A stretch of DNA of 64,000 bases, from NCBI GenBank assembly GCA_048938385.1, contig JBHLMG010000012.1:1-64000 (forward strand), read 5' to 3'. The stretch is from Promethearchaeota archaeon (lineage in GTDB: Archaea; Asgardarchaeota; Hermodarchaeia; Hermodarchaeales; Hermodarchaeaceae). Below the pieces are notes generated by a model, which did no database searches, had not been told where the DNA came from, and saw nothing but the letters and a program-made list of their open reading frames with translations. Made by a program: the position numbers and the translations under genes. This document shows positions 29,317 through 40,349 of the stretch, piece after piece; position 1 is the stretch's first letter; each line of letters starts with the position of its first letter.

Positions 29317-31968
29317 ATGACCAATAAACAAGATACGAGTGAAAACACTAGTCCGCGTGACTCCAAACGACTCTCGATGCGAATTGAAGGAATGCACTGC
29401 GCAGCCTGCGTAGCAACCATTGAAAAAGCCTTGATTCAACAGAAAGGCGTTACTAACGCCGCTGTCAGTCTTCTTGAAGAAAAAGCTACCATTGATTTCG
29501 ATCCTACACTGGTTTCACGGGAAAACCTTGAAGCTGTTGTTAAATCAACGGGCTATCAACCGCGACGTCCAACCATGACTTTGTCTCTAAGTCCTACACC
29601 ACGAACAGATGAATGGTCATTCATCACTAAGTCGCTGGAGGACGAGGAAGGCATTCTCTCTGTTGGAGCCAATGCGGTGACTGGGCAGTTAATCATAGAA
29701 TACGATGAAGGGCTCGTCTCGAACAAATCGGTTAAAAAATCACTCAAGAAACTTGGATATAGCATCGTGGATGATAAAGTCGCTGATATTGACCGAGAGG
29801 TTCTAACTCGACATCAAGAAATTCAGTTTTATTCACGCCGGTTAGTATTCGCCCTCTTTCTGACAATCCCCATTGTCATCTTTTCTTTTCTTCCTCATCT
29901 TCTCATACCTGTCTTACCCTTGGGAATTACACCCAACCACATTAACTTCTTGCTAACCACCCCTGTCCAATTTTTTGCAGGGTATCCTTTCTACAAATCC
30001 AGTATCAACGCTGCTCGCCATGGTAAAACGAATATGGATACTCTCATCATGCTGGGCACTAGTGTCGCTTACTTCTATTCAGTGTTCGCCACCTTTTTTC
30101 TCCCAGGACGAATGGCGTTCTTTGAATCTGCAGCATTGCTGTTAACATTCATCTTATTGGGGCGCACACTCGAAGCATTAGCTAAAGGTCAAACCTCTCG
30201 AGCCATTCGCGAATTAATGAACCTACAACCTAAAACAGCCGTCGTACTTCGAAATGGTGACGAACTAACAGTGCCTACCGAAGAAGTGGAGGTAGGGGAT
30301 CTTCTTCTGGTGCGCCCAGGTGCTCAAATCCCCGTTGATGGGACAGTCGTTCGTGGGCAATCCGCAGTAAACGAAGCCATGATCACAGGCGAATCCATTC
30401 CCGTCAGTAAGACCCTAAAAGACAAGGTGATTGGCGGAACGATTAACCAAACCGGGACCCTCACAATTCAAGCCAAGAGTGTCGGCCAAGACACCGTTTT
30501 GGCTCAAATCATTCGAATGGTTGAAGAAGCCCAAACCCACAAACCTCCAATTCAACGACGCGCTGATGCCATTGCAGAAAAGTTCGTACCTTTCATTCTC
30601 CTCCTCGCCTTTGTCACCTTCGCAATCTGGTTCTTTTTAATTGACTGGATCTGGGCGCTGAGCTTTGCCATCGCCGTATTGGTCGCTGCTTGTCCCTGCG
30701 CATTAGGATTAGCCACACCAGCGGCTTTAATGGTGGGTATTGGTCGTGGCGCACAACTCGGCATTCTTATCAAGACAGGAGATGGATTAGAAGTAATTCC
30801 GAAAGTCGATACCATGGTTTTCGACAAAACCGGAACACTCACCACAGGGCGTCCTACTGTCACAAATGTCATTACAGCAAAACACACGACAGAACAAGCC
30901 GCGCTCTCCCTAATCGCCAGTTTGGAACAGCTGAGTGAACACCCACTTGCTGAAGCCATAGTTCATTATGCCAAAGAACATGAGATCCAATTTAAAGAAG
31001 TTACTGATTTTCTCTCCACACCAGGGCAAGGCGTTCAAGGACGAATTGGAAACTCCTTGATCGAAATCGGTAGTGATACCTACATGCAAGATCACGGGGT
31101 TAACCTCCAAGAACTTTCAGCACATCTTCAGCATCTTCAACAACAAGGAAAAACCACCATATTCGCTGCAAAGGACGGACACGCAATCGCGCTAGTAGCA
31201 GTTGCTGATACTTTGAAAGCCGATTCAGCATCGGCAGTCAGCCAACTACGCACACTGGGAATTAATGTAATCATGCTGACTGGCGATAAGGAAGTTACAG
31301 CCCAAGCCATTGCTCGAAACGCGGGTATTGAGCAGCTCATCGCAGAGGTCCTTCCCAGTGAAAAGGCAAAGGAAATCCAACGCCTACAGAACGAGGGACA
31401 CACGGTAGCTATGGCTGGAGATGGCGTAAACGATGCTCCAGCTCTCGCCCAGGCAGATGTTGGAATTGCCTTGGGTTCAGGTACTGATGTCTCCGTCGAA
31501 GCAGGAGAAATTGTGTTGGTTCGCGATAACCTCTTGGATGTGGTATCAGCCATTCAGTTAGGACGAAAAACCATGCTGAAAATCAAACAGGGCTTTTTCT
31601 GGGCATTAATCTACAATATGATACTCCTGCCATTAGCTGCAGGTGTACTCTTTCCCAGCCTTGTTCTCCGCCCAGAATGGGCGGCTCTCGCCATGGCTTT
31701 ATCTAGTGTAAGCGTTGTCACAAACGCGCTCCTTCTTTATCGATTCCAACCACAACCGCATAGCCCTTCAACGCCTCCGCCCTCAAAACCACTCATCAAG
31801 GAATCAGTATTTGCCATTGATCCTATCTGTAAAATGGAAGTAGATACTGCAACGGGCCTTCAAAGTGACTACAAAGAGAAACGCTACTACTTTTGCTCCT
31901 CACACTGCAAAACTCAGTTCGAAGCCACCCCTCAGCGATATGAGAATCAAGATGTAATTGAAGAGTAA
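29317..31968 (+). CDS. copA: Cu(I)-translocating P1B ATPase with HMA and C-terminal YHS/TRASH domains
   Basis: GMHCAAC, TGES, CPC, DKTGT, SEHP, GDGVND, YN, MALSS; DPICKM..YYFCSSHC. Confidence 0.93.
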   Translation: MTNKQDTSENTSPRDSKRLSMRIEGMHCAACVATIEKALIQQKGVTNAAVSLLEEKATIDFDPTLVSRENLEAVVKSTGYQPRRPTMTLSLSPTPRTDEWSFITKSLEDEEGILSVGANAVTGQLIIEYDEGLVSNKSVKKSLKKLGYSIVDDKVADIDREVLTRHQEIQFYSRRLVFALFLTIPIVIFSFLPHLLIPVLPLGITPNHINFLLTTPVQFFAGYPFYKSSINAARHGKTNMDTLIMLGTSVAYFYSVFATFFLPGRMAFFESAALLLTFILLGRTLEALAKGQTSRAIRELMNLQPKTAVVLRNGDELTVPTEEVEVGDLLLVRPGAQIPVDGTVVRGQSAVNEAMITGESIPVSKTLKDKVIGGTINQTGTLTIQAKSVGQDTVLAQIIRMVEEAQTHKPPIQRRADAIAEKFVPFILLLAFVTFAIWFFLIDWIWALSFAIAVLVAACPCALGLATPAALMVGIGRGAQLGILIKTGDGLEVIPKVDTMVFDKTGTLTTGRPTVTNVITAKHTTEQAALSLIASLEQLSEHPLAEAIVHYAKEHEIQFKEVTDFLSTPGQGVQGRIGNSLIEIGSDTYMQDHGVNLQELSAHLQHLQQQGKTTIFAAKDGHAIALVAVADTLKADSASAVSQLRTLGINVIMLTGDKEVTAQAIARNAGIEQLIAEVLPSEKAKEIQRLQNEGHTVAMAGDGVNDAPALAQADVGIALGSGTDVSVEAGEIVLVRDNLLDVVSAIQLGRKTMLKIKQGFFWALIYNMILLPLAAGVLFPSLVLRPEWAALAMALSSVSVVTNALLLYRFQPQPHSPSTPPPSKPLIKESVFAIDPICKMEVDTATGLQSDYKEKRYYFCSSHCKTQFEATPQRYENQDVIEE

Positions 31969-32126
31969 GAGCCAAAAACTACTTAAGACTACTCCCAATT
32001 TACCCAAAGATAACAAGCCTATCAATGATAACAGGGGATTCTGGGGAATAGGGGATAACCAACAAAAAGGACTTTGCCATAATTCCAAGAACGACAGCTA
32101 AGGATAACACAAGGACAGCGAGATCA

Positions 32127-32492
32127 ATGGCATCAATCTTCATCATTGATGACGAAGAAAATCTTCATCAAGTCTATAAGGCTCTCTTTGCCGTGAAGGG
32201 TCACACCGTCATTGGCTCTGCGTTCGATGGAGACGAGGCAATACAGATATTTACAAAGTTAGACCCAAAACCTGATGTTATCATCATGGACCATCGAATG
32301 CCACGCATGGACGGTATCGCGGCGACTAGGCATATTTTATCTATTTACCCGACGAGTAAAATTATCTTCGTTAGCGCTGATGAAACTGTACGCTTTGAGG
32401 CTTTAGAAGCCGGCGCAGTGAAGTTTCAAGTCAAACCCGTGAGGGCAAGTGACCTTTTCAAGATCGTCGATCAAATCACGCATATGAGCTGA
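32127..32492 (+). CDS. Single-domain CheY-like response regulator
   Basis: IIDDE, MDHRMP, SAD, KP; clear paralog of 1717-2082. Confidence 0.9.
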   Translation: MASIFIIDDEENLHQVYKALFAVKGHTVIGSAFDGDEAIQIFTKLDPKPDVIIMDHRMPRMDGIAATRHILSIYPTSKIIFVSADETVRFEALEAGAVKFQVKPVRASDLFKIVDQITHMS

Positions 32493-32500
32493 AGCACGAC

Positions 32501-32941
32501 CTAATCGTCATATCGATCTTCACGCGCTAACTCGGTCGATCCACTATCTAAATGATCGGTATGTCGTTTCCAAGCACGACCCTCTCGACCCTCCATAAAA
32601 AATAACTCTGCTACAGTAATCTCGTCAGCTTCAAGGAGTTCGTTAAGGGCTGCTTCATCATAGATTTCTCCACCGGGTTCAGCTTCTTCTAATCGAATCT
32701 GCTCAAACTGCCTTTCTAGATACGCAAATCGTTGTGCTAGCTTCTCCGTTATTAAAGCATCATATGATCGGAGCAAGTCCAGAATCATCACACGAATCGT
32801 TTCGATAGGGGTATTAATCTTGGATTTTACAATAACTTGATTGGCAACTTCGTCAGCGAGACCGGCGGGGACATTGAATCGTAACAGCAAGTCCATTATT
32901 TGGAGCTTAAAGATCTGGCGGTTTTTAGGAATCTTAGCCAT
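32501..32941 (-). CDS. Hypothetical protein with an acidic C-terminal motif
   Basis: RBS GGAGG before the ATG at 32941; IYDE..ELLEADEIT..E.FFMEG. Confidence 0.65.
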   Translation of the reverse strand: MAKIPKNRQIFKLQIMDLLLRFNVPAGLADEVANQVIVKSKINTPIETIRVMILDLLRSYDALITEKLAQRFAYLERQFEQIRLEEAEPGGEIYDEAALNELLEADEITVAELFFMEGREGRAWKRHTDHLDSGSTELAREDRYDD

Positions 32942-33077
32942 CAGAAACCCTCCATTTAAAGAGGATACCAAATATTGGGACAGTATACTGTTTAACAACT
33001 TTCCTAATTACCAATAACTTAACAGCTAAATGGCTGATGCACCTTTCCATGCGTTAAGAGGATGTCTCATTTAGGAG

Positions 33078-33950
33078 ATGAACCCCCTGAAACTCGAACA
33101 GACAAGTCCATCCGTATGGGCAATAACGGATGGATCCACTTTTGGTAATGTTGGTTGCATTCGTCTACCACAAGGTATCGTCGTCGTGGATACTGGCATG
33201 TCACCACATCTGGCGCAGAAGTTTCGAAACCTTATTCACCAACAGGTAGGGACCCAGCTCATTGCCGTTGTATTAACCCACTATCATAGCGATCATGTTT
33301 TTGGAACCCAAATCTTCGGAGATTGCCCAATCATCGGGTCAACGGCACTAGCTGCATTATACGATGCACAGTTCAAAGCCACCTGGTCACCAGAAGGGCT
33401 CCAAGAATTAATTACCGCGTACCAACAAATGCGACCCGAACTGGCTGGACAACTTGCAGATCTACAAATAATACCCCCAACACAAACCTTCAAACACTCC
33501 TTAATCTTAGGTGAAGCTGACGAAGTGTGTATTCAACATACGGGGGGTCATACCGCAGGTCATTCAACAGTCTATTTTGCACCCGAACGCGTCCTATTCG
33601 CTGCTGATTTAGTATTTTGCCAACAGTATCCCTATGCAGGAGATGACACCAACGATCCACCCCAATGGATGCAGGCTTTCCAAACCATTCTAGCTCAACC
33701 GGTCGATGTAATTGTTCCAGGACATGGTCCTTTGTGTACAAAAGATGAGATTAGACTCCATCTAGCTTATTTTCAAGAACTCGAAAATTGGATTCTAACG
33801 CAACTAGACCAAAATCGGTCGTTGGACGAAGTTATTCAGGCTAGCGCTTCGTCCCCACCCTTTCCTTACAAAGAGAGAGCAGATGCCCGACTCTCTTCGA
33901 CTCTAAAGCGTTGGTATGAATACTACTCTTTAAAAGGTAGAGCGCTGTAA
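33078..33950 (+). CDS. Metallo-beta-lactamase-fold (cyclase-like) hydrolase
   Basis: VDTG, THYHSDH, GGHT, AAD, VPGHG. Confidence 0.88.
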   Translation: MNPLKLEQTSPSVWAITDGSTFGNVGCIRLPQGIVVVDTGMSPHLAQKFRNLIHQQVGTQLIAVVLTHYHSDHVFGTQIFGDCPIIGSTALAALYDAQFKATWSPEGLQELITAYQQMRPELAGQLADLQIIPPTQTFKHSLILGEADEVCIQHTGGHTAGHSTVYFAPERVLFAADLVFCQQYPYAGDDTNDPPQWMQAFQTILAQPVDVIVPGHGPLCTKDEIRLHLAYFQELENWILTQLDQNRSLDEVIQASASSPPFPYKERADARLSSTLKRWYEYYSLKGRAL

Positions 33951-33955
33951 ATTCG

Positions 33956-36900
33956 CTAGAGCGAGAGGTTAGCGAGAACTGCATAGGCTTTGGCTTCCTT
34001 CCAGGGTTGATCACTGATAACGAGGAAGCTTGTTCTTTCCACCGTACCCTTTGGGTTGACATCGAGAAGCTCTTCGGTATTTATCCAGATGCTATCCTTG
34101 CCTAAATCTCCGACGAAGAGCTCACCCTTAACACTTAATTTTGAGACGAATATAGCCGTCATATCATCTTTCAAATGTTCAATTCCCAAATAGGGTTGTG
34201 TGGCTGTTGGCCAAGAATGGGTGGATACTCGCCGCCGATGTAGTTCTGTTACTTGGCGAGGAATTATGGTTTCCAAACCCTTGGGATCGCCCTCTGAAGG
34301 AAATGAAATCCTGAGACGATGGTTGATTTGTCGTGGAGCGGATGAACGATTAATCACACGACTAACTAGTGCGACAATATTGCTGAAAGGTTGGGTTAAC
34401 ACTTGCAATTCTAACCTGAAGCCCTTGAGTTTGCGTTCGATTTTCCTCGGTTGGGTTGAGAGAGTCACTCCACTCCATGTGCCACGGTGAATTTCTTTGG
34501 CTCGCCACCGTTCCTTGTCAAGCTTAGTTGGAAACCATCCAGGGTGCTTCGGTGCAAAGGGATCGAATCGAATTCCCCCATACCACGGGTTCCTCCACAC
34601 TTTTGGTCCCGCCTTGGGAAAGCTGGATTCCAGATAGTTAGTTTTAGTAGTTTTGTTAATCAACCCAATGATGGTCCCTGCAAACTCTGGTGCTATTTTT
34701 AGCAGGTATGCCCCGTTATCGATGGTATGAATTTCTTGGTTCTCCTCCTGAGCCGTTGACAGAGTGACTGATCCAGGCCTTCGATGGAGAATCACAGGGA
34801 GCGTGAATTGATAATCACGAGCGCGGGTTCTTACGGTGGCCTTTAGTGGTAAAACGCTAGGCTCTGGACGACTATGAGGGTGGGCAGTGAGCGTCAATGG
34901 AACTAAAAGTGGCTGGGTGCGGGTCACACCCTTGAATTTGTAGGAACGAGGCGTTACGGTCCATTGAATAGGTGCCGAGAACTTCAGAGTTCCTTCAAGT
35001 GGACGTTGTACAAGGTGTCGCAAGTGAACGGGCATGATGATTTTGCGAGCTATCTCAAGCAAAGCTGGAAAGTCAGCTGTTTGGACATCAATAGCTCTGG
35101 AAGGCTGAAGTTCTGGGATGAGTTGACTTGGTTGAGAATCGTAGAGTTGATGCCAAAGTTGTCGGACATGCCGCCAGGTTCCCAACCCCGTGTAGAGGGA
35201 CATTGGGGGTAAGGTAACCTTCTTTTTTGGAGGAAGGGGTGGGATTTGGAGCTGAAAGTTGAGGAAGGTGTAACCATCGGCTTCGTAGAACACAGAAGGA
35301 TCGCACATAATCGCTGTTACATCTCCTGTGTGTGGGCGTTCAGCACAATACCAGGTTTCAAGCCATTCTTCACGCTCCTTAGGGATTTCGCGTGATGTTG
35401 CAAAAAATTCGTCCTCAACACATTCTTCCCGGAGAAGTCCCTCTTTTAAAGGGAGTACATGGAGATGATCCCAAATTCCTGCAATACTACCTGTGGTGAG
35501 CCGCAACTGATAGGTATTCGAGGGGTGCACATTTTCAAAAGCATATTCAACCTGGAGGAGAGAGGAACCACTATTCAGCACGAAGGTCTTCGTAAATGTT
35601 AAACCTGGATAGCGTTGGCACTCCATCCAGGTAACAATTCGGGTAGTTCCATCCACCCGGTGATGAATGCTATGCTGAAAATGCGTTTGCATCTGTTCGG
35701 ATGGCCAAAAGGGCGGTCCAAGGCTATTACGGAAATGGGATCGGAGGTGTTGTCTTTGAGTGAGGGCATTCTCAAGCCGATCAATGTGGGCTCCTTTAGA
35801 CAGGTTAATTGAAAACGATAAAGTTTCGGTGTGGATTTGTAACCGCTTGTTATCATCAAAGGCAGTGACTAAGACACCACCAGTACTCATACAATGAAGG
35901 TGAATTGTTTCTGTGCGTGTTGTTAGCTGATGGTCCTCAAGGCGTAATTTTGCATAGAGTTTGATTAGCAAAGCTTTGGTTGCTATGTTCTCGTCTACTT
36001 TTACAGGAACTTCGATACCTGAATAATCCTCGGATTTGAGAGCAATTTTAAACTGCTGTTTTTCGATCTGTAATTCCTCAGGAGCTTCCAGAAATACTGT
36101 TCCTTGGGCTGGCGATTTTAGGTTACTTTTTATAGCGATCGCCAAGTTCAACTTGTTTCCAGGTCGACACCGAAGTGAGGTTGGTACAGTAGAAATTTGA
36201 ATTGGGTGTTTCACTCGGATACCGGTCATCAAGTCAATGGGTAGGTTTCCAAGGGTGAATTTCGAATTGATAGCTAACGCCTTTTGTGATTCGGCAGGTG
36301 GGACAACAGACACCTTGGCCTGGATTGTTCCTTTCAGAGTCAGGGTAGCCTCGGGTTGGACTACAAACTCCCCAGGGGGACATTCTATGAGATCAACGCC
36401 TTCAGGCAATGTCACTTTGAGGGTTCCCTGTAGGGGCGTAGCTTTTTGCTTGTTTTGAATCGTCCATTCGACAACAAATGGTACTCCCAGGGGTGGTTCG
36501 GGATCTGTGATCCAACATTCAACTTGTAACTCGTCGGTTTCAATTAGGGTTGGTCCGCGGCTTTCTCTATCAATGAGAACTCGTAAGTTTTCACCGTTAG
36601 CGCTCCATCGCAAATCGTAGATCGGTAGACCACGATGCGTCATATCATCTGGGACGATCTCGATTTGCCGTTCGAAGGTTTCATACCAGTTGTGTTTAGT
36701 AAAATAGGGTTGAGTGATTGGAAGCTTCAAGACAGTTGGAATGTAGTTTTCCATGAGCACCTGCGTGTCAGGTCGCCAGAAAAAGCCTGTGCGTTTATAC
36801 GCTGGAACGGCATTTAGGTTGCCGGCCCAGGTGTGAAGGAAGAGGCGTTTGTATCCTTTATCGACGACCTGTTTCACAGATTCGATCAGAAGTGCTTTAC

Positions 36901-37186
36901 CATATCCTCGCTTACGAAATGCATCACTGACATTCAGAAATCCTAAGTAGGCTGCTTCGGGGTCATCGAAGTGCGGAGTTAGTGTCGATATACCAGCTAC
37001 CTCATCTTCTTCAGTGACTGCTATCAACCATGTGAGCTTGGCTTCCCTTTCGTAATCGTCGAGGATATGCTGTGCTGTATGTTCCATACCACCTGAAATG
37101 CCACCTGGCCATCCTCCTTCGCTTTGGTTGATACACTTCGCTAATCCTTCAGCATCTTTAGGTGTGAAGTTTCGGACCTTGCGCAT
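33956..37186 (-). CDS. Large GNAT acetyltransferase-domain protein with beta-rich C-terminal domains
   Basis: LNVSDAFRKRGYGKAL, LHTWAGNLNAVPAYKRTGF. Confidence 0.8.
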   Translation of the reverse strand: MRKVRNFTPKDAEGLAKCINQSEGGWPGGISGGMEHTAQHILDDYEREAKLTWLIAVTEEDEVAGISTLTPHFDDPEAAYLGFLNVSDAFRKRGYGKALLIESVKQVVDKGYKRLFLHTWAGNLNAVPAYKRTGFFWRPDTQVLMENYIPTVLKLPITQPYFTKHNWYETFERQIEIVPDDMTHRGLPIYDLRWSANGENLRVLIDRESRGPTLIETDELQVECWITDPEPPLGVPFVVEWTIQNKQKATPLQGTLKVTLPEGVDLIECPPGEFVVQPEATLTLKGTIQAKVSVVPPAESQKALAINSKFTLGNLPIDLMTGIRVKHPIQISTVPTSLRCRPGNKLNLAIAIKSNLKSPAQGTVFLEAPEELQIEKQQFKIALKSEDYSGIEVPVKVDENIATKALLIKLYAKLRLEDHQLTTRTETIHLHCMSTGGVLVTAFDDNKRLQIHTETLSFSINLSKGAHIDRLENALTQRQHLRSHFRNSLGPPFWPSEQMQTHFQHSIHHRVDGTTRIVTWMECQRYPGLTFTKTFVLNSGSSLLQVEYAFENVHPSNTYQLRLTTGSIAGIWDHLHVLPLKEGLLREECVEDEFFATSREIPKEREEWLETWYCAERPHTGDVTAIMCDPSVFYEADGYTFLNFQLQIPPLPPKKKVTLPPMSLYTGLGTWRHVRQLWHQLYDSQPSQLIPELQPSRAIDVQTADFPALLEIARKIIMPVHLRHLVQRPLEGTLKFSAPIQWTVTPRSYKFKGVTRTQPLLVPLTLTAHPHSRPEPSVLPLKATVRTRARDYQFTLPVILHRRPGSVTLSTAQEENQEIHTIDNGAYLLKIAPEFAGTIIGLINKTTKTNYLESSFPKAGPKVWRNPWYGGIRFDPFAPKHPGWFPTKLDKERWRAKEIHRGTWSGVTLSTQPRKIERKLKGFRLELQVLTQPFSNIVALVSRVINRSSAPRQINHRLRISFPSEGDPKGLETIIPRQVTELHRRRVSTHSWPTATQPYLGIEHLKDDMTAIFVSKLSVKGELFVGDLGKDSIWINTEELLDVNPKGTVERTSFLVISDQPWKEAKAYAVLANLSL

Positions 37187-37277
37187 AATATGACACCCTA
37201 GCTCCGCTCCTTTGATTATTTGCTTCAAAGGGCAGAGTGGAACATTGCAGGCTGCTTTTGGATATAAATTTGACGGC

Positions 37278-38987
37278 TTAGGAACCGGCTTCTAACCTAA
37301 TAGGGGCTGATCGATGAAGGTATCGTTTAGACACTGGATAGTTTTCAAAGGATATCGTATAGGCGCTCATGAACTTCCCACGAATGTCTTTTTCAACTTC
37401 CTTTGCAAGTTCTGGTTCGACTTTAGCATCAATCCAATGTGTACTTCCCTTCGGAACAGCCACCATCTTGCCATCGCGCTGAACTATGTGACCGTTCTTG
37501 AGAGTAAGCCATGCTTTGGAGAATCCGCGTATAAGCTTACCCGGTTGCTTTGCGTAGTCTTCCTTTGCATCAAGATCATAGATCGCAATGTCAGCATCTG
37601 CACCTACACCCAAATGACCCTTATCCTGTAATCCAAGGATGCGTGCAGGGCCCGGGCGAGTGGCGGTGATATAATCTTGCATGGACCATTCGGTATCGAT
37701 GGCAGGTATAATCATCCGTTTCTTCGCAGGGCGACGGATTTCTGCCAAAACCTCGTCGCGGGCTTTTTTGCTCATAAGCCATGCAGCAATGTATGGGTAG
37801 TTTACAAAGGTTCCTGCGTTGGGGTGATCAGTACTGGGTATCACTCGCCAAGGATCGTTCACCATGAGCGCAATTTCCAATCCAATCCCCCATTGAATAG
37901 CATTAACGCGTGAACTCTTTTTGAATACATAAGGGACAACTCCACCACCACATTCCACTTCGATGTCATCGTTGACCCAGCGGCTCCCTGAGATGCCCCG
38001 AAGAATCCATTCCCAGGGTCCATCAGCTGTCATGGTGGTAGTGTCAGAGAAGATAATCTGACCTAAATCGCAACTGACATTTTTATGTGTTTGAAGGTGT
38101 TTTGCAATGGACTCGGATCCTGAACGAAATGTTATGAAACTGTCTCCCCCATAAGCGTGGAACTGGATATGGGTCATATGCAGGTTATACCCTGATGCGC
38201 GTTTGGTTTCGGGGCGGTTACTTGCTAACTCCATGGTTTCAATAGTGATGTCCGTATTACCAGGGCGTCCTAGCATGTTAGCATGGAGGTGTAATGAATG
38301 CGGCAAGGCAAGGCGTTCTGCGCCTTCTAACAAGCCAATAATAGCTTCTCTTGGTGTTACATCAAAACAAGCGATTTGCTGGTCGAGGGCTTCGACATTC
38401 CCTCCCCAGCTCCAATCGCATACACCCGTGGGGTTGACGGCTTTAATTGCCCATCCCTTAGTGGAGCTTAACATCCAAGCCGCAAAAGCTGCAAGCTTAT
38501 CGTATTCCTTTTCACGAGCATAGTCTAACACGAGTTGGTAGTTCCCGAAGAGAGGAAACATGATTTTGTCATGGGGTTGGATTTCGCCGAGTTCTTCGTG
38601 GGTATGGCGTGCAACAAGACCGGCAGAAGCTGCTTCTGTGACAAAGGTATACCCCATTTGTGAGTATTTGTATCCGGTCATAAATGTCGGGGGAACGCTA
38701 GCCCAGACGCCAGCCCGGCAAATATCGGAATAAGTGTAAGGATCCATGCGGGATTGATCACACCGGAGTACGCGCCCTGAATCCACTTTAGGTGTGGCTA
38801 GATGCGCATGAATTTCAACACCGCCTGCAACCACCATACGACCTTTTGCATCGATAATTTCTGCGGATTCAGGGTTAACGGATTCTACAATTTTTCCGTC
38901 TTGGATGGCGAGATCTTTGACTTCGAATATCATGTTTTTCGGGTCGATAAGGAATCCGTTCTTAATGACTATGTTTTTCGTTTTCAC
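37278..38987 (-). CDS. fwdA: Formylmethanofuran dehydrogenase subunit A
   Basis: IKNG..IDP, GGVEIHAH, ARHTHEE, KAVNP, HSLHLH, THIQFH, TMTADGP, STDHPNAG; start at GTG 38987. Confidence 0.95.
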   Translation of the reverse strand: MKTKNIVIKNGFLIDPKNMIFEVKDLAIQDGKIVESVNPESAEIIDAKGRMVVAGGVEIHAHLATPKVDSGRVLRCDQSRMDPYTYSDICRAGVWASVPPTFMTGYKYSQMGYTFVTEAASAGLVARHTHEELGEIQPHDKIMFPLFGNYQLVLDYAREKEYDKLAAFAAWMLSSTKGWAIKAVNPTGVCDWSWGGNVEALDQQIACFDVTPREAIIGLLEGAERLALPHSLHLHANMLGRPGNTDITIETMELASNRPETKRASGYNLHMTHIQFHAYGGDSFITFRSGSESIAKHLQTHKNVSCDLGQIIFSDTTTMTADGPWEWILRGISGSRWVNDDIEVECGGGVVPYVFKKSSRVNAIQWGIGLEIALMVNDPWRVIPSTDHPNAGTFVNYPYIAAWLMSKKARDEVLAEIRRPAKKRMIIPAIDTEWSMQDYITATRPGPARILGLQDKGHLGVGADADIAIYDLDAKEDYAKQPGKLIRGFSKAWLTLKNGHIVQRDGKMVAVPKGSTHWIDAKVEPELAKEVEKDIRGKFMSAYTISFENYPVSKRYLHRSAPIRLEAGS

Positions 38988-39182
38988 TGTAATTCCACCG
39001 CAACATGGGCTTTGGAGGGCTAGAGTGAGAGGCGTATGACGCAATACATCAATTCAGCTAATTAAGCGTTCTGCCATTCCGAATTTCCTAAGGCTTCTCG
39101 AATAATTTCCGCTAAAATCGTAAGCCTTATACGCAGATAACAAGAGGGAGGTAACCGCTCTACATTGAGCGGGGGAACAGTA

Positions 39183-40202
39183 ATGCGCCAATTTCAAATC
39201 ACACTCCCTGAAGAAAAAGTCTCCCAAGTCATGGATTTCCTCGAAGAAAACGCACAAATCCGCAACATCGCCAAAATTCACACCGCTCCTGGGTTCATGT
39301 TGATATTCCGCGTTTCGCTAGTGAAGACTCAAAAAATACTCACAGATCTCGAAGCCATCGGTGTCGGAGTCCACTATGGTATCATCGATGTTCTCCCACT
39401 TGAAGCAAGTAAACCCATGCCAAAAGAAGAGGCTGCAAGAATCACTCCCACTGAACGGCTCTCCGTCGAAGAGATGTATGGTAAAATTGCAGCGGGAACA
39501 CGTCTATCTTTTGATTTCTTAGCGCTGATTTTCGTTTCCTGTATTATCGCTGCTATCGGTCTTGGTACCAACAGTGCGGTCCTCATTGTTGCGAGCATGC
39601 TCTTGGCCCCACTTATGGGGCCTATTCTTGGTCTAAGTCTTGGAGTAGTCATCAAAGACAGACGGTTGGTTTTAACGGGTGTTAAAAACGAAGCTTATGG
39701 TCTCTTGATAGCTGTAATAATAGGGGTTCTCATGGGTGCAATACTAATGCCCTTTGCACCGATACTATATCCAACCTTACCAGGATGGCCTACCCCCGAG
39801 ATGGCGGTTCGTGGATTATTCGTTGGCTTAATTGTTGGTATCGCAGTTGCTGCGGCTTCTGGTGCGGGAGTAGCCCTAGCGGTGACGCGTGGTGAAATTA
39901 GTAGCCTAGTTGGAGTTGCGATTGCTGCTTCTTTAATGCCCCCTGCAGTGAACGCGGGGATGAATCTTGTATACGCTCTAACAGGACCGCTCATCTTTGG
40001 ACTCGGCGTAAATGTTGCCTTACATATGGGAATCGCGGGCATCAGCTTCGTTTTAGTGTTAGTCAACATTCTGTTCATTAATATCGTAGCTATGCTTGTC
40101 TTCATTCTGAAACGAGTGGCTCCAATTAAAAGCAAATCAATCTTCTGGCACGACTTACCTAACCTGGACAAGAAGCGGCGTGAAGAACTCTGGCACCGAT
40201 AA
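39183..40202 (+). CDS. DUF389/TIGR00341 membrane protein
   Basis: IVASMLLAPLMGP, LVGVAIAASLMPPA. Confidence 0.85.
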   Translation: MRQFQITLPEEKVSQVMDFLEENAQIRNIAKIHTAPGFMLIFRVSLVKTQKILTDLEAIGVGVHYGIIDVLPLEASKPMPKEEAARITPTERLSVEEMYGKIAAGTRLSFDFLALIFVSCIIAAIGLGTNSAVLIVASMLLAPLMGPILGLSLGVVIKDRRLVLTGVKNEAYGLLIAVIIGVLMGAILMPFAPILYPTLPGWPTPEMAVRGLFVGLIVGIAVAAASGAGVALAVTRGEISSLVGVAIAASLMPPAVNAGMNLVYALTGPLIFGLGVNVALHMGIAGISFVLVLVNILFINIVAMLVFILKRVAPIKSKSIFWHDLPNLDKKRREELWHR

Positions 40203-40349
40203 TGCGTAAGGTTGCGCCACCGCACCATCGGTGTCCTTTCTCTCCTTTTTTTGGAAATTCTCCAATTGCATAAGGCTTAAGAGAGAGCTCTGATATGCAT
40301 CATGATGCATATCATGAAGGCTCACTTTCTCAAGAGAGCGTGCAAATTC

